Position numbers and translations under genes: made by a program. From NCBI GenBank assembly GCA_018304045.1, contig JAGVWZ010000009.1, positions 13 to 64,012 of the forward strand: DNA of 64,000 nt, read 5' to 3'. This DNA comes from Candidatus Pacearchaeota archaeon. GTDB taxonomy: Archaea; Nanobdellota; Nanobdellia; Pacearchaeales; GW2011-AR1. Positions 1-10,871 of the stretch are shown here, in pieces. The first letter of the stretch is position 1; each line of letters opens with the position of its first letter. The notes beneath the pieces are model-generated. The model did not search any database. It had not been told where the DNA came from and was given only the letters and a program-made list of their open reading frames with translations.

Positions 1-121
1 TACATGTCTGACAACACTCTTTTCATCACTATCGTCGTAGTTTAGCTATTATTTAAGCTTTTTTGGTCCGTAAATGCTATAATCACCAAGATTATTATTT
101 AATATGAAAGGAGGTGAAAGT

Positions 122-658
122 ATGAAAAAAAGTGAAATGAAATTGTTTGGTGCTGTTATTGTTGTTGCTTTAATTGCGGGTTTAATTGGTTCTTTTATTG
201 GAACTAACTTAACTGGAAATGTTATATCTGTTGCAAAGGGATATGCAGGTAAGGTTTATTCAACTTCAGAGACTGATGCAAAATTTAAACAGCTTGGTCC
301 CGCAGCATATTGGGCTAATCTTACAGATGCAGATTATTATAACCTAAAAGGTTTGCAAAATAAATCTGCAGATACCTATATTCTAAGGGTCACAAGATTT
401 ATGACTAGTGGCAATAGTACCCTAGTTACGATACAGTTAAGAAAAGATGGTAACTGGATGGATTTAGCAAGAGATGTCAGCGTAGGTAAAATAATAAAAC
501 TAGGTAATGCCCAATTTGAGATATTGTCCATAGACAAACTTAACAAAAAAGTAGATCTTATTGCGGTAAATTTGCGGTCATATCTGGTAAATGGGGAAAA
601 ATTGAGCTTTGACGAAGATATTGACAGCTTCTTTATTTTTGGTGAAATAAGCCCATAA
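122..658 (+). CDS. hypothetical membrane-anchored protein
   Basis: ORF 104..658. A GGAGGTG SD-like motif at 110-116 favours the ATG at 122. One N-terminal hydrophobic helix (LFGAVIVVALIAGLIGSFIG); no recognisable domain. Confidence 0.55.
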   Translation: MKKSEMKLFGAVIVVALIAGLIGSFIGTNLTGNVISVAKGYAGKVYSTSETDAKFKQLGPAAYWANLTDADYYNLKGLQNKSADTYILRVTRFMTSGNSTLVTIQLRKDGNWMDLARDVSVGKIIKLGNAQFEILSIDKLNKKVDLIAVNLRSYLVNGEKLSFDEDIDSFFIFGEISP

Positions 659-786
659 AAGTTTTTTATTTTTTTCTTTTTATTTTATTGTTATAATATG
701 TTATTTAATTTAAAAAAGCCTTGTGAATATGAAACAAAAGGTTTTTTAAATTGAGTGTTCTCATTAAAGATAAGAAGTGAGAAAAA

Positions 787-1656
787 ATGTTAGAAATGCT
801 TATTAATCCAAAAAGTGCAGAACTTAGTCCTTGGAAAATGATTATTATTGGATTTGTTTATGGATTAATTTCACTTGCCTTAGTACATTGGATATTTTCA
901 GGAGATGCTGTCTTATCTAGATATTCTGGAATTTTAGTTGTAACTTTTTGTGTTATGTTTTCCTTGCCTTTTATGTATTTTGCAATAAAAAATGAAGAGG
1001 AAAAAGATATTGAATCTAAATGGGGATTTATTAGATTATTTGAAGAACATAGCAAAGCGATATTTTATTTTATGTGTTTATTTGTGGGGTTTTTACTTGC
1101 ATTTTCAATAGGATATATTTTGTTTCCAAATGGAAGTACTTATTTTAAAGCTCAGATAGAGACCTATTGCATGATAAATAAACCCACTAGTTTTAATGAT
1201 TGTGTTACAAATTATGCTGGAGGAGATGTTGGAAAAACAACAATGTTTATGACTGCAAAAGATAAAATAGTTAATATTTTTGTGAATAATATCTATGTTC
1301 TTATATTTACCTTGATTTTTTCCCTTATATTTGGAGCAGGAGCTATTTTTATTCTAGCTTGGAATGCTAGTGTAATAAGTGCGGCAATAGGTATCTTTGC
1401 AAAGTCTAATATTGCTAATCTTCCAATGGGACTTGCCAGATATATGATTCATGGACTTCCTGAAATAGCTAGTTATTTTGCAGGAGCTCTTGCAGGCGGA
1501 ATAGTGAGTGTTGCAATAATAAATCATGATGTCAAATCTGAAAAGTTTTGGACAATACTCCAAGATTCACTAAATCTAATTGTTTTTGCCATTGTCTTGC
1601 TGTTTATTGCTGCACTGATTGAAGTTTTTATAACTCCCATAGTATTCAAATTTTAG
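787..1656 (+). CDS. SpoIIM/DUF95-like integral membrane protein
   Basis: 289 aa, multi-TM. The GAGAIFILAWNASV and HGLPEIASYFAGALAGG stretches resemble the stage II sporulation protein M family. Confidence 0.6.
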   Translation: MLEMLINPKSAELSPWKMIIIGFVYGLISLALVHWIFSGDAVLSRYSGILVVTFCVMFSLPFMYFAIKNEEEKDIESKWGFIRLFEEHSKAIFYFMCLFVGFLLAFSIGYILFPNGSTYFKAQIETYCMINKPTSFNDCVTNYAGGDVGKTTMFMTAKDKIVNIFVNNIYVLIFTLIFSLIFGAGAIFILAWNASVISAAIGIFAKSNIANLPMGLARYMIHGLPEIASYFAGALAGGIVSVAIINHDVKSEKFWTILQDSLNLIVFAIVLLFIAALIEVFITPIVFKF

Positions 1657-1895
1657 AAAATATTTTAATATAAATTTGTGTATATTTTATCTAATTTTAT
1701 TAAGTTATTTCGAGCATTATATAGTACTAACTTGATTTATAGTTATCTTATGTAAAAAAATAAGTGGGATAAGCATGAGAAAGAGAGTCTGATTGATAGA
1801 TTTAATACATGTTTTTTATGGAGATTAATAACTTTAGATAGATTGGGGTTTTAATAAGATTTAAAAATAGCTCATTCTATATAAACTTATAAAAA

Positions 1896-2042
1896 ATGGC
1901 TGGAAAAATCTGTAAGCATTGCAATTTTAGAACTCTAAAGGAGAATATGGTAGAATGTCCTTGGTGTGGAAGAAATTCACTTGTAAACGAAGGTTCTGCT
2001 GAAGAATTGCTAACTGAGGTTGATGAAATCCTTAAAGATTAA
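1896..2042 (+). CDS. small zinc-ribbon protein (48 aa)
   Basis: Hand-translated, below the ORF-track cutoff: MAGKICKHCNFRTLKENMVECPWCGRNSLVNEGSAEELLTEVDEILKD. Has a CxxC-x11-CxxC motif and lies directly upstream of aglB. Confidence 0.5.
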   Translation: MAGKICKHCNFRTLKENMVECPWCGRNSLVNEGSAEELLTEVDEILKD

Positions 2043-2089
2043 TAGGTTTCTAGCGTTAAATTTAAATAAGTTGATTTTAGTTTTAAAAC

Positions 2090-4888
2090 ATGGATGAAGA
2101 TAAAATAATTGAAGAAAGGAAAAATAAATTATTAAATTTATTAAAAAAAAGAACTCTTTGGACTTTTTTAATTTTGATTATTGCTATTATCTTAGGGGCT
2201 TATATAAGAAGTTTGCCTATGCAAAGCCATGGTGCAGGAGTACCTTCTTTGTTCCAATTTGTTACAGGGCAAGCATTTGATGGAAATCCTGGATTATGGG
2301 ATGTTGCAAAAAATAATTGGACACTTGGGCCAGATTTAGACCCATGGTTATTTACAAGATATGCAGGAGAAATGATTGATGGTTCAATGGGTAAAATGGA
2401 TATGATGAGATATGTTCCTTTAGGATTTGATAATTCTGCAGAACTTCAAATGGTATCTTATATGATTGTGATAACCTACAAGATTACTGGTATGTTTGGA
2501 ATGTACAATGTTGTATTTGCAGCTGCATTTATGCCGGTTTTATTATTTCTATTGACAATTGTATCTTTCTTTTTATTTTCTAGAGAAATATTCATTAATG
2601 AAGATGAAAAAAGTAAAATTAGGGCAAATATTATAGCATTAATATCTACTTTTTTTATGATTACTATTCCTGCTTTTTTATCAAGAACTGTTGCAGGTAT
2701 TCCTGAAAAAGAATCTGTTGGTTTCTTTTTTATGTTTTTGTCTTTTTATTTATTCTTAAAAGCTTGGAAATCTAAATCATTAAAAAGTTCTATTATTTTT
2801 GCCATACTTTCTGGAATTTCTACAGCACTTATGGGTTTAACATGGGGAGGAGTATCTTATATCTATGCTACAATGGCAATAGCTACAATGATTGCTTTCT
2901 TGCTTAATAAAACAAATAAAAAAGAAATCCTATCCTATGCATTATGGATAATCTTTTCTATTACTACTACTTTATTGTTCACAAATAGATTTTCTCTTAA
3001 AGGATTTTTAACTGGTTTAGATACTGGCTTGTCAATTATTGTTTTGTTTATAATGATTCTTCATTTTATAATATGGGAGACTAAATTTAAAAATGTAATA
3101 TCTAAAATAAAGTTCATTAGTGAAACAAAATTACCTAAAAATATTATTTCCTTGATTATTGGAATAATACTTTTAATATTAATTATAATAATTTTTTTAG
3201 GTCCTGGATTTATAATTGATAAAGCAAATGGACTCAGCAAAATCCTATTAAATCCAATAACAGGAAGATGGAGTACAACTGTTGCTGAAAATAGGCAGCC
3301 ATATTTTGGAGAGTGGGCTTCTGAATTTGGACCTACAATAAGCAGTTTACCTAATTTTCCAATAATGTTTTGGTTATTTTTTATAGGTTCTGTTGTTCTT
3401 TTTAATAGCCTATTAAAAAAATTAAATAAAAACCATAGATGGATATTAACAGGACTTTACATATTGTTCTTTTTTGGATTAGTTTTCTCAAGGTATGCTC
3501 CGCATCCTGCATTTTTTGATGGAGAAGATTTTATATCCAAACTTTTTTATTTTGGATCTGCGCTTCTTTTTATAGGGGCAATTATTTATTATTATATAAA
3601 ATATGAATCCTCTGGAGATAATGGATTCAAAGAAGCAGGATATGAGTTCATTTTGTTATTTTCTTTATTTATATTATGTTTGTTTACTGCAAGAAGTGCT
3701 ATCAGACTTATCATGGTACTTGGTCCAATAGCACCTATTTTTGTTGGATATCTGGTAGTGGCATCTGTTGATTTGTTTAGAAGAAATAAGGATGAAACTT
3801 GGAAAATAATAACTGGAGTATTTATGATATTTGTAATTGTAGCTAGCTTATTCAGTTTTTATACATTCTACAAACAAATTACTGCTCAAGCCTATAGTTT
3901 TGTTCCTTCTTATTATAATCAACAATGGCAAAAGGCAATGAAGTGGGTTGATGATGAGACACCAAAAAATGCAGTATTTGCGCATTGGTGGGACTATGGT
4001 TATTGGGTACAAAGCATCGGAAACAGGGCTACTGTATTGGATGGGGGGAATGCAAAAGTATATTGGAACTACTTAATGGGAAGATTAGTTTTAACAGGTG
4101 ATAATCAGGCAGAAGCATTAGAATTTTTATATAATCATAATGCAACCCATTTATTAATTGATTCAAGTGATATTGGAAAATATGGTGCATTTTCTAGCAT
4201 TGGTAGTGATAAGAATTATGATAGATTTTCATGGATAGGAACTTATCAGATGGATGAAAAACAAACTCAGGAAACAAGCAATCAAACAATATTTGTCTAC
4301 ACAGGTGGAACTGCAATTGATGAAAATTTAATTATTAATGAAAGTGGAAAAGAAATTTTGTTACCGAGTCAAAAATCAGGAGCCTATGCTATATTAATTC
4401 CTGTAATAAAAAAAGGCAATGTTACTAATTATGACCAACCTTCAATTATATTCATATATCAGGGAAAACAATACACTCAAAAAATGAGGTATCTTGATAT
4501 AAATGGAAAATTTTTGGATTTTAAATCTGGAATTGAAGCTTGTGCATTTGTATTTCCAAGTTTAATATCTAGTGGAAATGGTGTTACTAAAAATGATATT
4601 GGCGCTGCTATGTATATTTCACCTAGACTTTTAAGAGGGTATTTATCTCAGAAATATATTTTAAATGATCCGTTTAATAAGTTCTCAAATTTTAAATTAA
4701 ATTATACAGAACCTAATCCAATAATAAACAGTCTAAACAGTCAGGGAATGAATCTTCCGGATTTTGTTTATTATCAGGGAGTTCAGGGGCCTATAAAAAT
4801 TTGGAAAATAGAATATACTGGAAATGAACAGGTTAAAGAAGAATATCTTGATACTGATGCTTCCAAATACTTAGACTGGGAATTATAA
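2090..4888 (+). CDS. aglB: archaeal oligosaccharyltransferase AglB (STT3 family)
   Basis: 932 aa. Long multi-TM N-terminal half plus a soluble C-terminal domain, with the catalytic WWDYGYW (WWDYG) motif. Confidence 0.95.
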   Translation: MDEDKIIEERKNKLLNLLKKRTLWTFLILIIAIILGAYIRSLPMQSHGAGVPSLFQFVTGQAFDGNPGLWDVAKNNWTLGPDLDPWLFTRYAGEMIDGSMGKMDMMRYVPLGFDNSAELQMVSYMIVITYKITGMFGMYNVVFAAAFMPVLLFLLTIVSFFLFSREIFINEDEKSKIRANIIALISTFFMITIPAFLSRTVAGIPEKESVGFFFMFLSFYLFLKAWKSKSLKSSIIFAILSGISTALMGLTWGGVSYIYATMAIATMIAFLLNKTNKKEILSYALWIIFSITTTLLFTNRFSLKGFLTGLDTGLSIIVLFIMILHFIIWETKFKNVISKIKFISETKLPKNIISLIIGIILLILIIIIFLGPGFIIDKANGLSKILLNPITGRWSTTVAENRQPYFGEWASEFGPTISSLPNFPIMFWLFFIGSVVLFNSLLKKLNKNHRWILTGLYILFFFGLVFSRYAPHPAFFDGEDFISKLFYFGSALLFIGAIIYYYIKYESSGDNGFKEAGYEFILLFSLFILCLFTARSAIRLIMVLGPIAPIFVGYLVVASVDLFRRNKDETWKIITGVFMIFVIVASLFSFYTFYKQITAQAYSFVPSYYNQQWQKAMKWVDDETPKNAVFAHWWDYGYWVQSIGNRATVLDGGNAKVYWNYLMGRLVLTGDNQAEALEFLYNHNATHLLIDSSDIGKYGAFSSIGSDKNYDRFSWIGTYQMDEKQTQETSNQTIFVYTGGTAIDENLIINESGKEILLPSQKSGAYAILIPVIKKGNVTNYDQPSIIFIYQGKQYTQKMRYLDINGKFLDFKSGIEACAFVFPSLISSGNGVTKNDIGAAMYISPRLLRGYLSQKYILNDPFNKFSNFKLNYTEPNPIINSLNSQGMNLPDFVYYQGVQGPIKIWKIEYTGNEQVKEEYLDTDASKYLDWEL

Positions 4889-4973
4889 TTCCCCTTATTA
4901 TCAACAATACTTATTTTAAATCTTACATAACAAGAATTGTAAGATTTAAAAGGAATGAATCTGTTATTTTTTT

Positions 4974-5990
4974 ATGGAAATGTTATTATTCATACCCATA
5001 ATAGTAAGCTTAATTGTTTGCTTGTTTATGCTTCCTAAATGGATTAAGAAATGTTCTCAAGTAGGATTATTGTGGGAAGATATGAATAAATTTAACAAAC
5101 CAAAAAATGTCGCTTCTTCTGGTGGAATAGTGGTTGTGATGGCTTTTGTTTTAGGAATTTTAGTTTACATTGCAATAAGAAGATTTGTTTTCCAAGATAT
5201 TGATGGCGTTACAATAGAAACATTTGCCTTACTAAGTGTTATTTTAATCCTTGCTATTGTTGGATTAACTGATGATTTATTAGGTTGGAAACATGAGGGA
5301 TTATCAGCAAAATTCAGAATATTCCTAGCTGTTTTAGCTTCTATACCTTTAATGGTAATAAATGCAGGTGATCCTGTTATGTCTATCCCCTTTCTTGGAA
5401 TTACAAATCTTGGAATGATTTATGTGTTTATCTTAATCCCAATTGGAATTACAGGGGCTACAACAACCTATAATATGCTTGCTGGATTTAATGGACTTGA
5501 ATCAGGGCTAGGTATAATAATACTAAGTTTTCTTTCATTTGTTGCTTATGTTACTGGAAGTCCTTGGCTAGCTTTAATTGGATTATGTATGGTTGCGTCT
5601 TTGATTGTATTCTACTTTTATAATAAATTTCCTGCAAAAGTTTTTCCAGGAGATATTTTAACATATTCTGTTGGGGCACTTATAGCCTCTATGGCAATAC
5701 TTGGAAATTTTGAAAAAATTGCTGTTTTTGTGTTTATTCCTTATGTAATTGAAACTTTTTTAAAAATAAGAGGAAATCTAAAAAAACAATCTTTTGGAAT
5801 ACCTCAAAAAGATGGAAGTTTAAAACCGCCTTATAGTAGAATATATGGAATGACTCATCTCTCAATTTACATTTTAAGTAAATTTAAGAAAAAAGTATAT
5901 GAAAAAGATGTTGTATATTTTATTTTTTCATTTGAAATAATCCTATGCCTACTTGCAATAGTTATTTTCAGAAATGATTTGTTTATTTAA
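4974..5990 (+). CDS. polyprenyl-phosphate HexNAc-1-phosphate transferase (MraY/WecA/AglH family, GT4-type)
   Basis: 338 aa polytopic membrane protein with GLTDDLLGWK, NMLAGFNGLESG and VFPGD motifs. Confidence 0.9.
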   Translation: MEMLLFIPIIVSLIVCLFMLPKWIKKCSQVGLLWEDMNKFNKPKNVASSGGIVVVMAFVLGILVYIAIRRFVFQDIDGVTIETFALLSVILILAIVGLTDDLLGWKHEGLSAKFRIFLAVLASIPLMVINAGDPVMSIPFLGITNLGMIYVFILIPIGITGATTTYNMLAGFNGLESGLGIIILSFLSFVAYVTGSPWLALIGLCMVASLIVFYFYNKFPAKVFPGDILTYSVGALIASMAILGNFEKIAVFVFIPYVIETFLKIRGNLKKQSFGIPQKDGSLKPPYSRIYGMTHLSIYILSKFKKKVYEKDVVYFIFSFEIILCLLAIVIFRNDLFI

Positions 5991-5991
5991 G

Positions 5992-6390
5992 ATGAGAACC
6001 AGATATAAATTCTTAGTCTTTTGTTTTGTTGGAGGTGTTGCAGCATTAATAGATCTTTTATTTTTTAATTTATTTTTTTCAGTCATTCAAGCAGGTTTTA
6101 TTCTCTCAAGAATATTAGGCATTGGCATTTCAATGATATGGAATTTTACAATGAACAGAAATGTTACATTCTCTGCAAAAAACAGCAAAGTAAAAAATCA
6201 ATTGATGAAATATTTTATTATGTATGGAATTACAATGAGTGCAAATGTTCTTGTAGGCATAGTTGTATTAAATATAATTGGTGACAATTTGTTTGGCGGA
6301 AATATTGCTGCTATAGCAGGAATTGCAATAAGTGTTCCTTTAAACTTTATTGGTTCTTTATTGTGGACATTTAAAAATTCTAAGGCTTAA
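5992..6390 (+). CDS. GtrA-family membrane protein
   Basis: ORF 5974..6390. The ATG at 5992, just after the upstream stop, is the more likely start. 4 TM, with FCFVGGVAALIDLLFFNLF and NFTMNRNVTF typical of GtrA. Confidence 0.8.
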   Translation: MRTRYKFLVFCFVGGVAALIDLLFFNLFFSVIQAGFILSRILGIGISMIWNFTMNRNVTFSAKNSKVKNQLMKYFIMYGITMSANVLVGIVVLNIIGDNLFGGNIAAIAGIAISVPLNFIGSLLWTFKNSKA

Positions 6391-7078
6391 AACGATATTT
6401 TATTAGATTTAGTATTGCTATTAATTGTTCTTTTAATATTAATTTAGAACCGTCACTATCTGACCAAAAAATAGGATATTCTCTTATTCTAAACTTTTTT
6501 TTCTTGCAAAGGTATAATAGGTCCACATCAAACATCCAATCTTTTTGAGTTGAATGTTTAATTAAGAAAGAAACTACATTTTTTTTGAATAATTTTGCTC
6601 CACATTGAGTATCTTTAAATTTTAAATTAAATAATAAATTAGTGAATCTGTTGAATAAAAAGCTTCCAAATTCTTGTTTAAATGTTCTTTTTGGATGAAT
6701 TTTTGCACCTTTCATCTGCCTAGAAGCAATTATTCCATCAAAAGAGTTTATATTTTCATATAATTTATTGAATTCTATGACACTTGTGCTTTCATCTGCA
6801 TCAACAAATCCAATTAAGTCTCCTTTTGCTAATTTAAATCCCTGAATTACTGCTCCACCTTTTCCAGAATATTTGTTTATATTGAATATTACTATGTTTT
6901 TTTTATCTTTTGCAAAATCTTTTACAACATTTAAAGTGTTATCCTTGCAGTTATTCGGTACAACAATTACTTCAAATTCTTTACCTAGTTTCTTATTAAA
7001 AAAATTATAAAACGAATTCAATGGGGAAAGAATTCTTTTTTCCTCATTATATGCAGGAATTATTATTGAAAGTTTCAT
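6380..7078 (-). CDS. GT2 dolichyl-phosphate hexosyltransferase (DPM1-like)
   Basis: 232 aa. N-terminus MKLSIIIPAYNEE and a GFVDADES DxD-type motif. Its 3' end overlaps the convergent gtrA-like gene by 11 nt. Confidence 0.85.
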   Translation of the reverse strand: MKLSIIIPAYNEEKRILSPLNSFYNFFNKKLGKEFEVIVVPNNCKDNTLNVVKDFAKDKKNIVIFNINKYSGKGGAVIQGFKLAKGDLIGFVDADESTSVIEFNKLYENINSFDGIIASRQMKGAKIHPKRTFKQEFGSFLFNRFTNLLFNLKFKDTQCGAKLFKKNVVSFLIKHSTQKDWMFDVDLLYLCKKKKFRIREYPIFWSDSDGSKLILKEQLIAILNLIKYRFKP

Positions 7079-7192
7079 TAATAAAAATAATATCTTTGGT
7101 TTTTATTCTTTGCTATATACTAAAATAGTGTTTAATATGGATTTGCTATAAAACATCAACAATGTTTATAAATAAAAAAAACAAGTAAAATA

Positions 7193-7960
7193 ATGGCATT
7201 TGGTAATATATTAAAACACGCTGTTGGTGAAGAGATATCTACTGCAGATAATAAAAAAACATTAATAACTAAATTCTCTGCTTATGCTCTTGGTTTAATT
7301 GGACTGCCGCATACAGGACTAAGGGAAAGAGAAAGACAAATAAGGGATTTTATAAAAAATGGAAAAGTAAATGCTCTTGATGCTGGTTGTGGTATTGGTT
7401 TATATTCTTTTGAAATAGCTAAAAATGGACATTCTGTTACTGGTATTGATTTAGAAAGGAATAAAATAGAAACAGCTAGAAAAATTTCAAATAAAATTGG
7501 TGCAAAGGTAAATTTCATAGAAGGAGATTTAACTAATCTTAAGATTAATGAAAAATTTGATTTAATTTTATGTTCTGAAGTTATAGAACATATAATTGAT
7601 GACTACAGAGTTATTGAAAACCTTTCTAAAATAATGAATAAAAATGCAAGATTAATAATAACTGTTCCAAGAATAAGTGAGAAATCCTGGAAAATTGACT
7701 ATAAAAAATTTGGGCATGTAAGGCCTGGCTATAGGGAAGAAGAATTAAAAACTATGCTAGAAAAATATGGACTAAAAGTTAATAAAATAGTATTATTTGA
7801 TTCTCCTTTGGCTACTTTTGCTTTCAGGATAAATGAGAGACTTTATAATAAAAAAATATTATTAGGACTATTATTTTATCCATTGTACTGGTTGACTTTT
7901 TTTAATTATTTTAAAAAAGGAAAATACAATGGGCTTTTGATAGAAGCTATTAAACAGTGA
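7193..7960 (+). CDS. class I SAM-dependent methyltransferase
   Basis: 255 aa. Motif I is LDAGCGIGLYS; also ILCSEVIEHI and ARLIITVP. Confidence 0.8.
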   Translation: MAFGNILKHAVGEEISTADNKKTLITKFSAYALGLIGLPHTGLRERERQIRDFIKNGKVNALDAGCGIGLYSFEIAKNGHSVTGIDLERNKIETARKISNKIGAKVNFIEGDLTNLKINEKFDLILCSEVIEHIIDDYRVIENLSKIMNKNARLIITVPRISEKSWKIDYKKFGHVRPGYREEELKTMLEKYGLKVNKIVLFDSPLATFAFRINERLYNKKILLGLLFYPLYWLTFFNYFKKGKYNGLLIEAIKQ

Positions 7961-9476
7961 ATGAAATCACTTGTGTTGAAGGCTGATTAACATCATTATT
8001 ATAATAATAGGTTTTTTCAAGATTAACTTTGTCTAAATTTTTCTGAGCCCATTGATAAGTCCAATCAGGAGATCTTTCATATGTAGTTAAAACCATGTAT
8101 TTTGGATTAACTATTGATAGATTTTCTTCAAATTCAGATTCATTAGCAGGAAAGCTAATGACTTTTCTTTCTGAATAATAGGTTAAAACAGGAAGTGCTT
8201 GAGAATAAATTACAATATCCTTTGCAGAAACTGATTTTATATAATTTCCAGCATCCCTTATTTCATCAAATGAAGTTAATTTTCCCTTTATCAAATCACC
8301 CCCTAATTTTAATTGACTGTAAACACTTAAAACTATAAGCAAAACTACTATAAGAATTGCCAATGATTTGCTATGTTTCTTAACCAAATCATAGACCCAA
8401 AATAAGGTTATTGAACATACAAGGAATATTGCTGGAAATGCAGGCATTATAAATGCATCATAAACAACATCCCCCCCAATAACATAAATTACTGAATAAA
8501 TACCAATAACCATAAATATCCAAAGCAAAACAAAATAATAATTTTTTAATTGAATTGACTTATCTTTCCATATTAAATCCATCCCAAGTACAATCTTAAA
8601 TAAAAGCAGCAGAAATCCAAAAATAAAAATATAAAGCAAGAAAGACAGCAATAGTCTTGGTAACATTGATAGATAATCAAACCAATTTGCAAATGGAAGT
8701 ATTTTTCCTTCAGAAGCATGACTCAAAGACTGACTGACTTGAGCAAATCTTGGTAAAGGGGCACCTATTTTTACCATATAGTAAGTAACAAAAGGGAGTA
8801 GGACTAGCAAAAATATTAAAAAAGCTATATAATTTCTTTTTTTCTTAAAAAATTCCTTTTTTTCAATTGTTAAAAGAAAAACAAGCAGGAATATTAAAAG
8901 AAAGGCTGTTGAAAAATAAGTAACAATCCCAAAAGAGATTATTGCTGCAGATACATAAAGATAAATATTTTTTTCATCTCTTTTTAAAAAGAAAAATATT
9001 GCAAGAACATAAAATAAAGGAGCCCAAATATATACTAATAAACGAACAGTAAAAAATAAATGAATATTATAGGAAGCCATTAATAGTGCTGCTAAAATAG
9101 CTATTTTTTTATTAAATAATCTTTTTCCTATAGAATAGGTAAAAACAACTGTTGTTGTTGATATTAATACTTGAAAAAATCTTGCGAGAATCTCGCTTGG
9201 CCATATCAAATATAAAAAACCCCAAAAATAAGGTGCTATCATTTCTCTTATTGGGCCAATCCATGCAGGTGTGCCTATTGCAATTGATTTTGCTTTTGAA
9301 AAATATTCTGCTTCATCCCACCATAGGGGTTGATTCTTTGTCAATGAAAAATAATAAAGCCTTATTGCAAATGCAAAAATAATAACTCCGAGAATAACTA
9401 AATTATATGGGTCTTTTAGCCAAATCTTTATTTTTTCTTTCAAACTTTTCTTTACTTCTTTTTCTTGTTCTTCCAT
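7950..9476 (-). CDS. ArnT/PMT-like (GT39/GT83-type) polytopic glycosyltransferase
   Basis: 508 aa, more than 10 TM. N-terminal loop PLWWDEAEY is typical of dolichyl-phosphate-sugar dependent GT-C enzymes. Confidence 0.75.
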   Translation of the reverse strand: MEEQEKEVKKSLKEKIKIWLKDPYNLVILGVIIFAFAIRLYYFSLTKNQPLWWDEAEYFSKAKSIAIGTPAWIGPIREMIAPYFWGFLYLIWPSEILARFFQVLISTTTVVFTYSIGKRLFNKKIAILAALLMASYNIHLFFTVRLLVYIWAPLFYVLAIFFFLKRDEKNIYLYVSAAIISFGIVTYFSTAFLLIFLLVFLLTIEKKEFFKKKRNYIAFLIFLLVLLPFVTYYMVKIGAPLPRFAQVSQSLSHASEGKILPFANWFDYLSMLPRLLLSFLLYIFIFGFLLLLFKIVLGMDLIWKDKSIQLKNYYFVLLWIFMVIGIYSVIYVIGGDVVYDAFIMPAFPAIFLVCSITLFWVYDLVKKHSKSLAILIVVLLIVLSVYSQLKLGGDLIKGKLTSFDEIRDAGNYIKSVSAKDIVIYSQALPVLTYYSERKVISFPANESEFEENLSIVNPKYMVLTTYERSPDWTYQWAQKNLDKVNLEKTYYYNNDVNQPSTQVISFTV

Positions 9477-9510
9477 TATAAACGCATTGAATTTATGTAT
9501 TTATTCTTTG

Positions 9511-10398
9511 TTATTTTGTACTATCTATTCTTTTCCAATTATCAACCTTATATTCTTTTTTAATGTATCTTTTGAAGAAAACCGCAAACCAGATATAGAG
9601 TCTTACTGGAAATAATAAAAGTGTCCAAAATATTTCTCTTATATTTTTTGGAAATAAAAACAAATAATGACTTTCAAATATCTCATTTTTAATTGATTTC
9701 ATTCTTGGAAAATCCTTTATGCTTACATATCTTGAAAGAGTTTCATGAGCTTTTGCTGTACGTATTTTTTGATTTATAAAATCTCTAAAAGTCTGAGGAA
9801 ATTTAACATAAACTTCTGCATATGGAATATAGGATATTTTATATCCTTTTAAATAAAATAAAAGCGGAACAATTGTATCTTCAGCAGTATCTCTTGGTAT
9901 TTCTTTAAGAAAATTATTTCTAAATGCCCATAAATAACCTGAACATTCTAAAAATTGATTTTTTTTAAATCTGTTTAATCTCATCCTATGGGCTGCTTCA
10001 CATAACAAATGAGACCAATATCCTAACATATTATTTCTAGGATTAATAGACATAACTCTTCCAGTTACAGCCCCAACCCCCTTATTCTCAAATGGTTTTA
10101 TTAAATCTTGAACTGAATTTTCAGATATAAATACGTCTCCATCAGTAAGCAAAATAATTTCTCCTTTTAATCTAGGAAGTATTTTATTTATTGCAAATAC
10201 TTTTCCCTTTCCAGGATCTTTAAAAACTCTGATATTTTTATTTTTTTTAGAATACTCTTCTGCTATTTTTAGTGTTTCTTTATCTGGAGCTGAAATAATT
10301 AATTCATATTTTTCTTGAATATTTTGATTAATTATAGACTCTATTGCTTTTCCAATGGATTTTGGCTCTTTAAATGCAGTTATTATTATTGATAACAT
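9511..10398 (-). CDS. GT2 family glycosyltransferase
   Basis: 295 aa. MLSIIITAFKEP N-terminus, LLTDGD DxD region and a C-terminal TM. Confidence 0.85.
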   Translation of the reverse strand: MLSIIITAFKEPKSIGKAIESIINQNIQEKYELIISAPDKETLKIAEEYSKKNKNIRVFKDPGKGKVFAINKILPRLKGEIILLTDGDVFISENSVQDLIKPFENKGVGAVTGRVMSINPRNNMLGYWSHLLCEAAHRMRLNRFKKNQFLECSGYLWAFRNNFLKEIPRDTAEDTIVPLLFYLKGYKISYIPYAEVYVKFPQTFRDFINQKIRTAKAHETLSRYVSIKDFPRMKSIKNEIFESHYLFLFPKNIREIFWTLLLFPVRLYIWFAVFFKRYIKKEYKVDNWKRIDSTK

Positions 10399-10475
10399 TT
10401 TAATTATAATGCTTAATCCTTTATTTAATATTATTATATAATAAGATTTAAATACCTATTTAATCATAAAAAAAT

Positions 10476-10871
10476 ATGAGATATCCAATAGATGAATTGA
10501 TTGATAAAAGATCAATAATCCAATTGAAAATAGAAAGGATTGGAGATAATTCTGCTAAAGAAAGAGAAAATCTTAGGAGAGAATTTCAAGACTATACTGA
10601 TGCTATTTCAGAATATGTTTCTGAAGGAGTTTGTACTGCTGAACAAGCTGAAGAATGGCATGAAAGATTATACAAGGCAAATGGAACTACTTGGGATCTT
10701 GAAACAAAGATAAGAAGAGGTCAATTAGAGGAAATAAGTCTTGAAGAAGTTGGAAGAACAGCTATTGCAATTAGAGAATCAAATGGAGTCAGAGTTAGAA
10801 TCAAAGCAGAGATTGTTTCTGCAACAGGTATTGGATATAAAGATGTTAAAATAAATCATGCATCTGAATAA
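10476..10871 (+). CDS. hypothetical protein, DUF4254-like
   Basis: 131 aa. The WDLETKIRRG...EVGRTAIAIRESNGVRVRIKAEI pattern resembles DUF4254. Higher GC than neighbours. Its stop directly abuts the stop of the convergent radical SAM gene. Confidence 0.5.
   Translation: MRYPIDELIDKRSIIQLKIERIGDNSAKERENLRREFQDYTDAISEYVSEGVCTAEQAEEWHERLYKANGTTWDLETKIRRGQLEEISLEEVGRTAIAIRESNGVRVRIKAEIVSATGIGYKDVKINHASE

Noticed and set aside
1-26. Apparent start of a minus-strand gene (ATG at 26-24, MKRVLSDM...) running off the left edge.
   Set aside because: Only 8 codons are visible, which is not enough to support a feature.
6380-7960. Two convergent gene pairs (6380-6390 and 7950-7960) that overlap by exactly 11 nt at their 3' ends.
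   Set aside because: The overlap is real, but it is most simply explained by genome compaction. The equal length is probably coincidence, and no shared sequence motif was seen.
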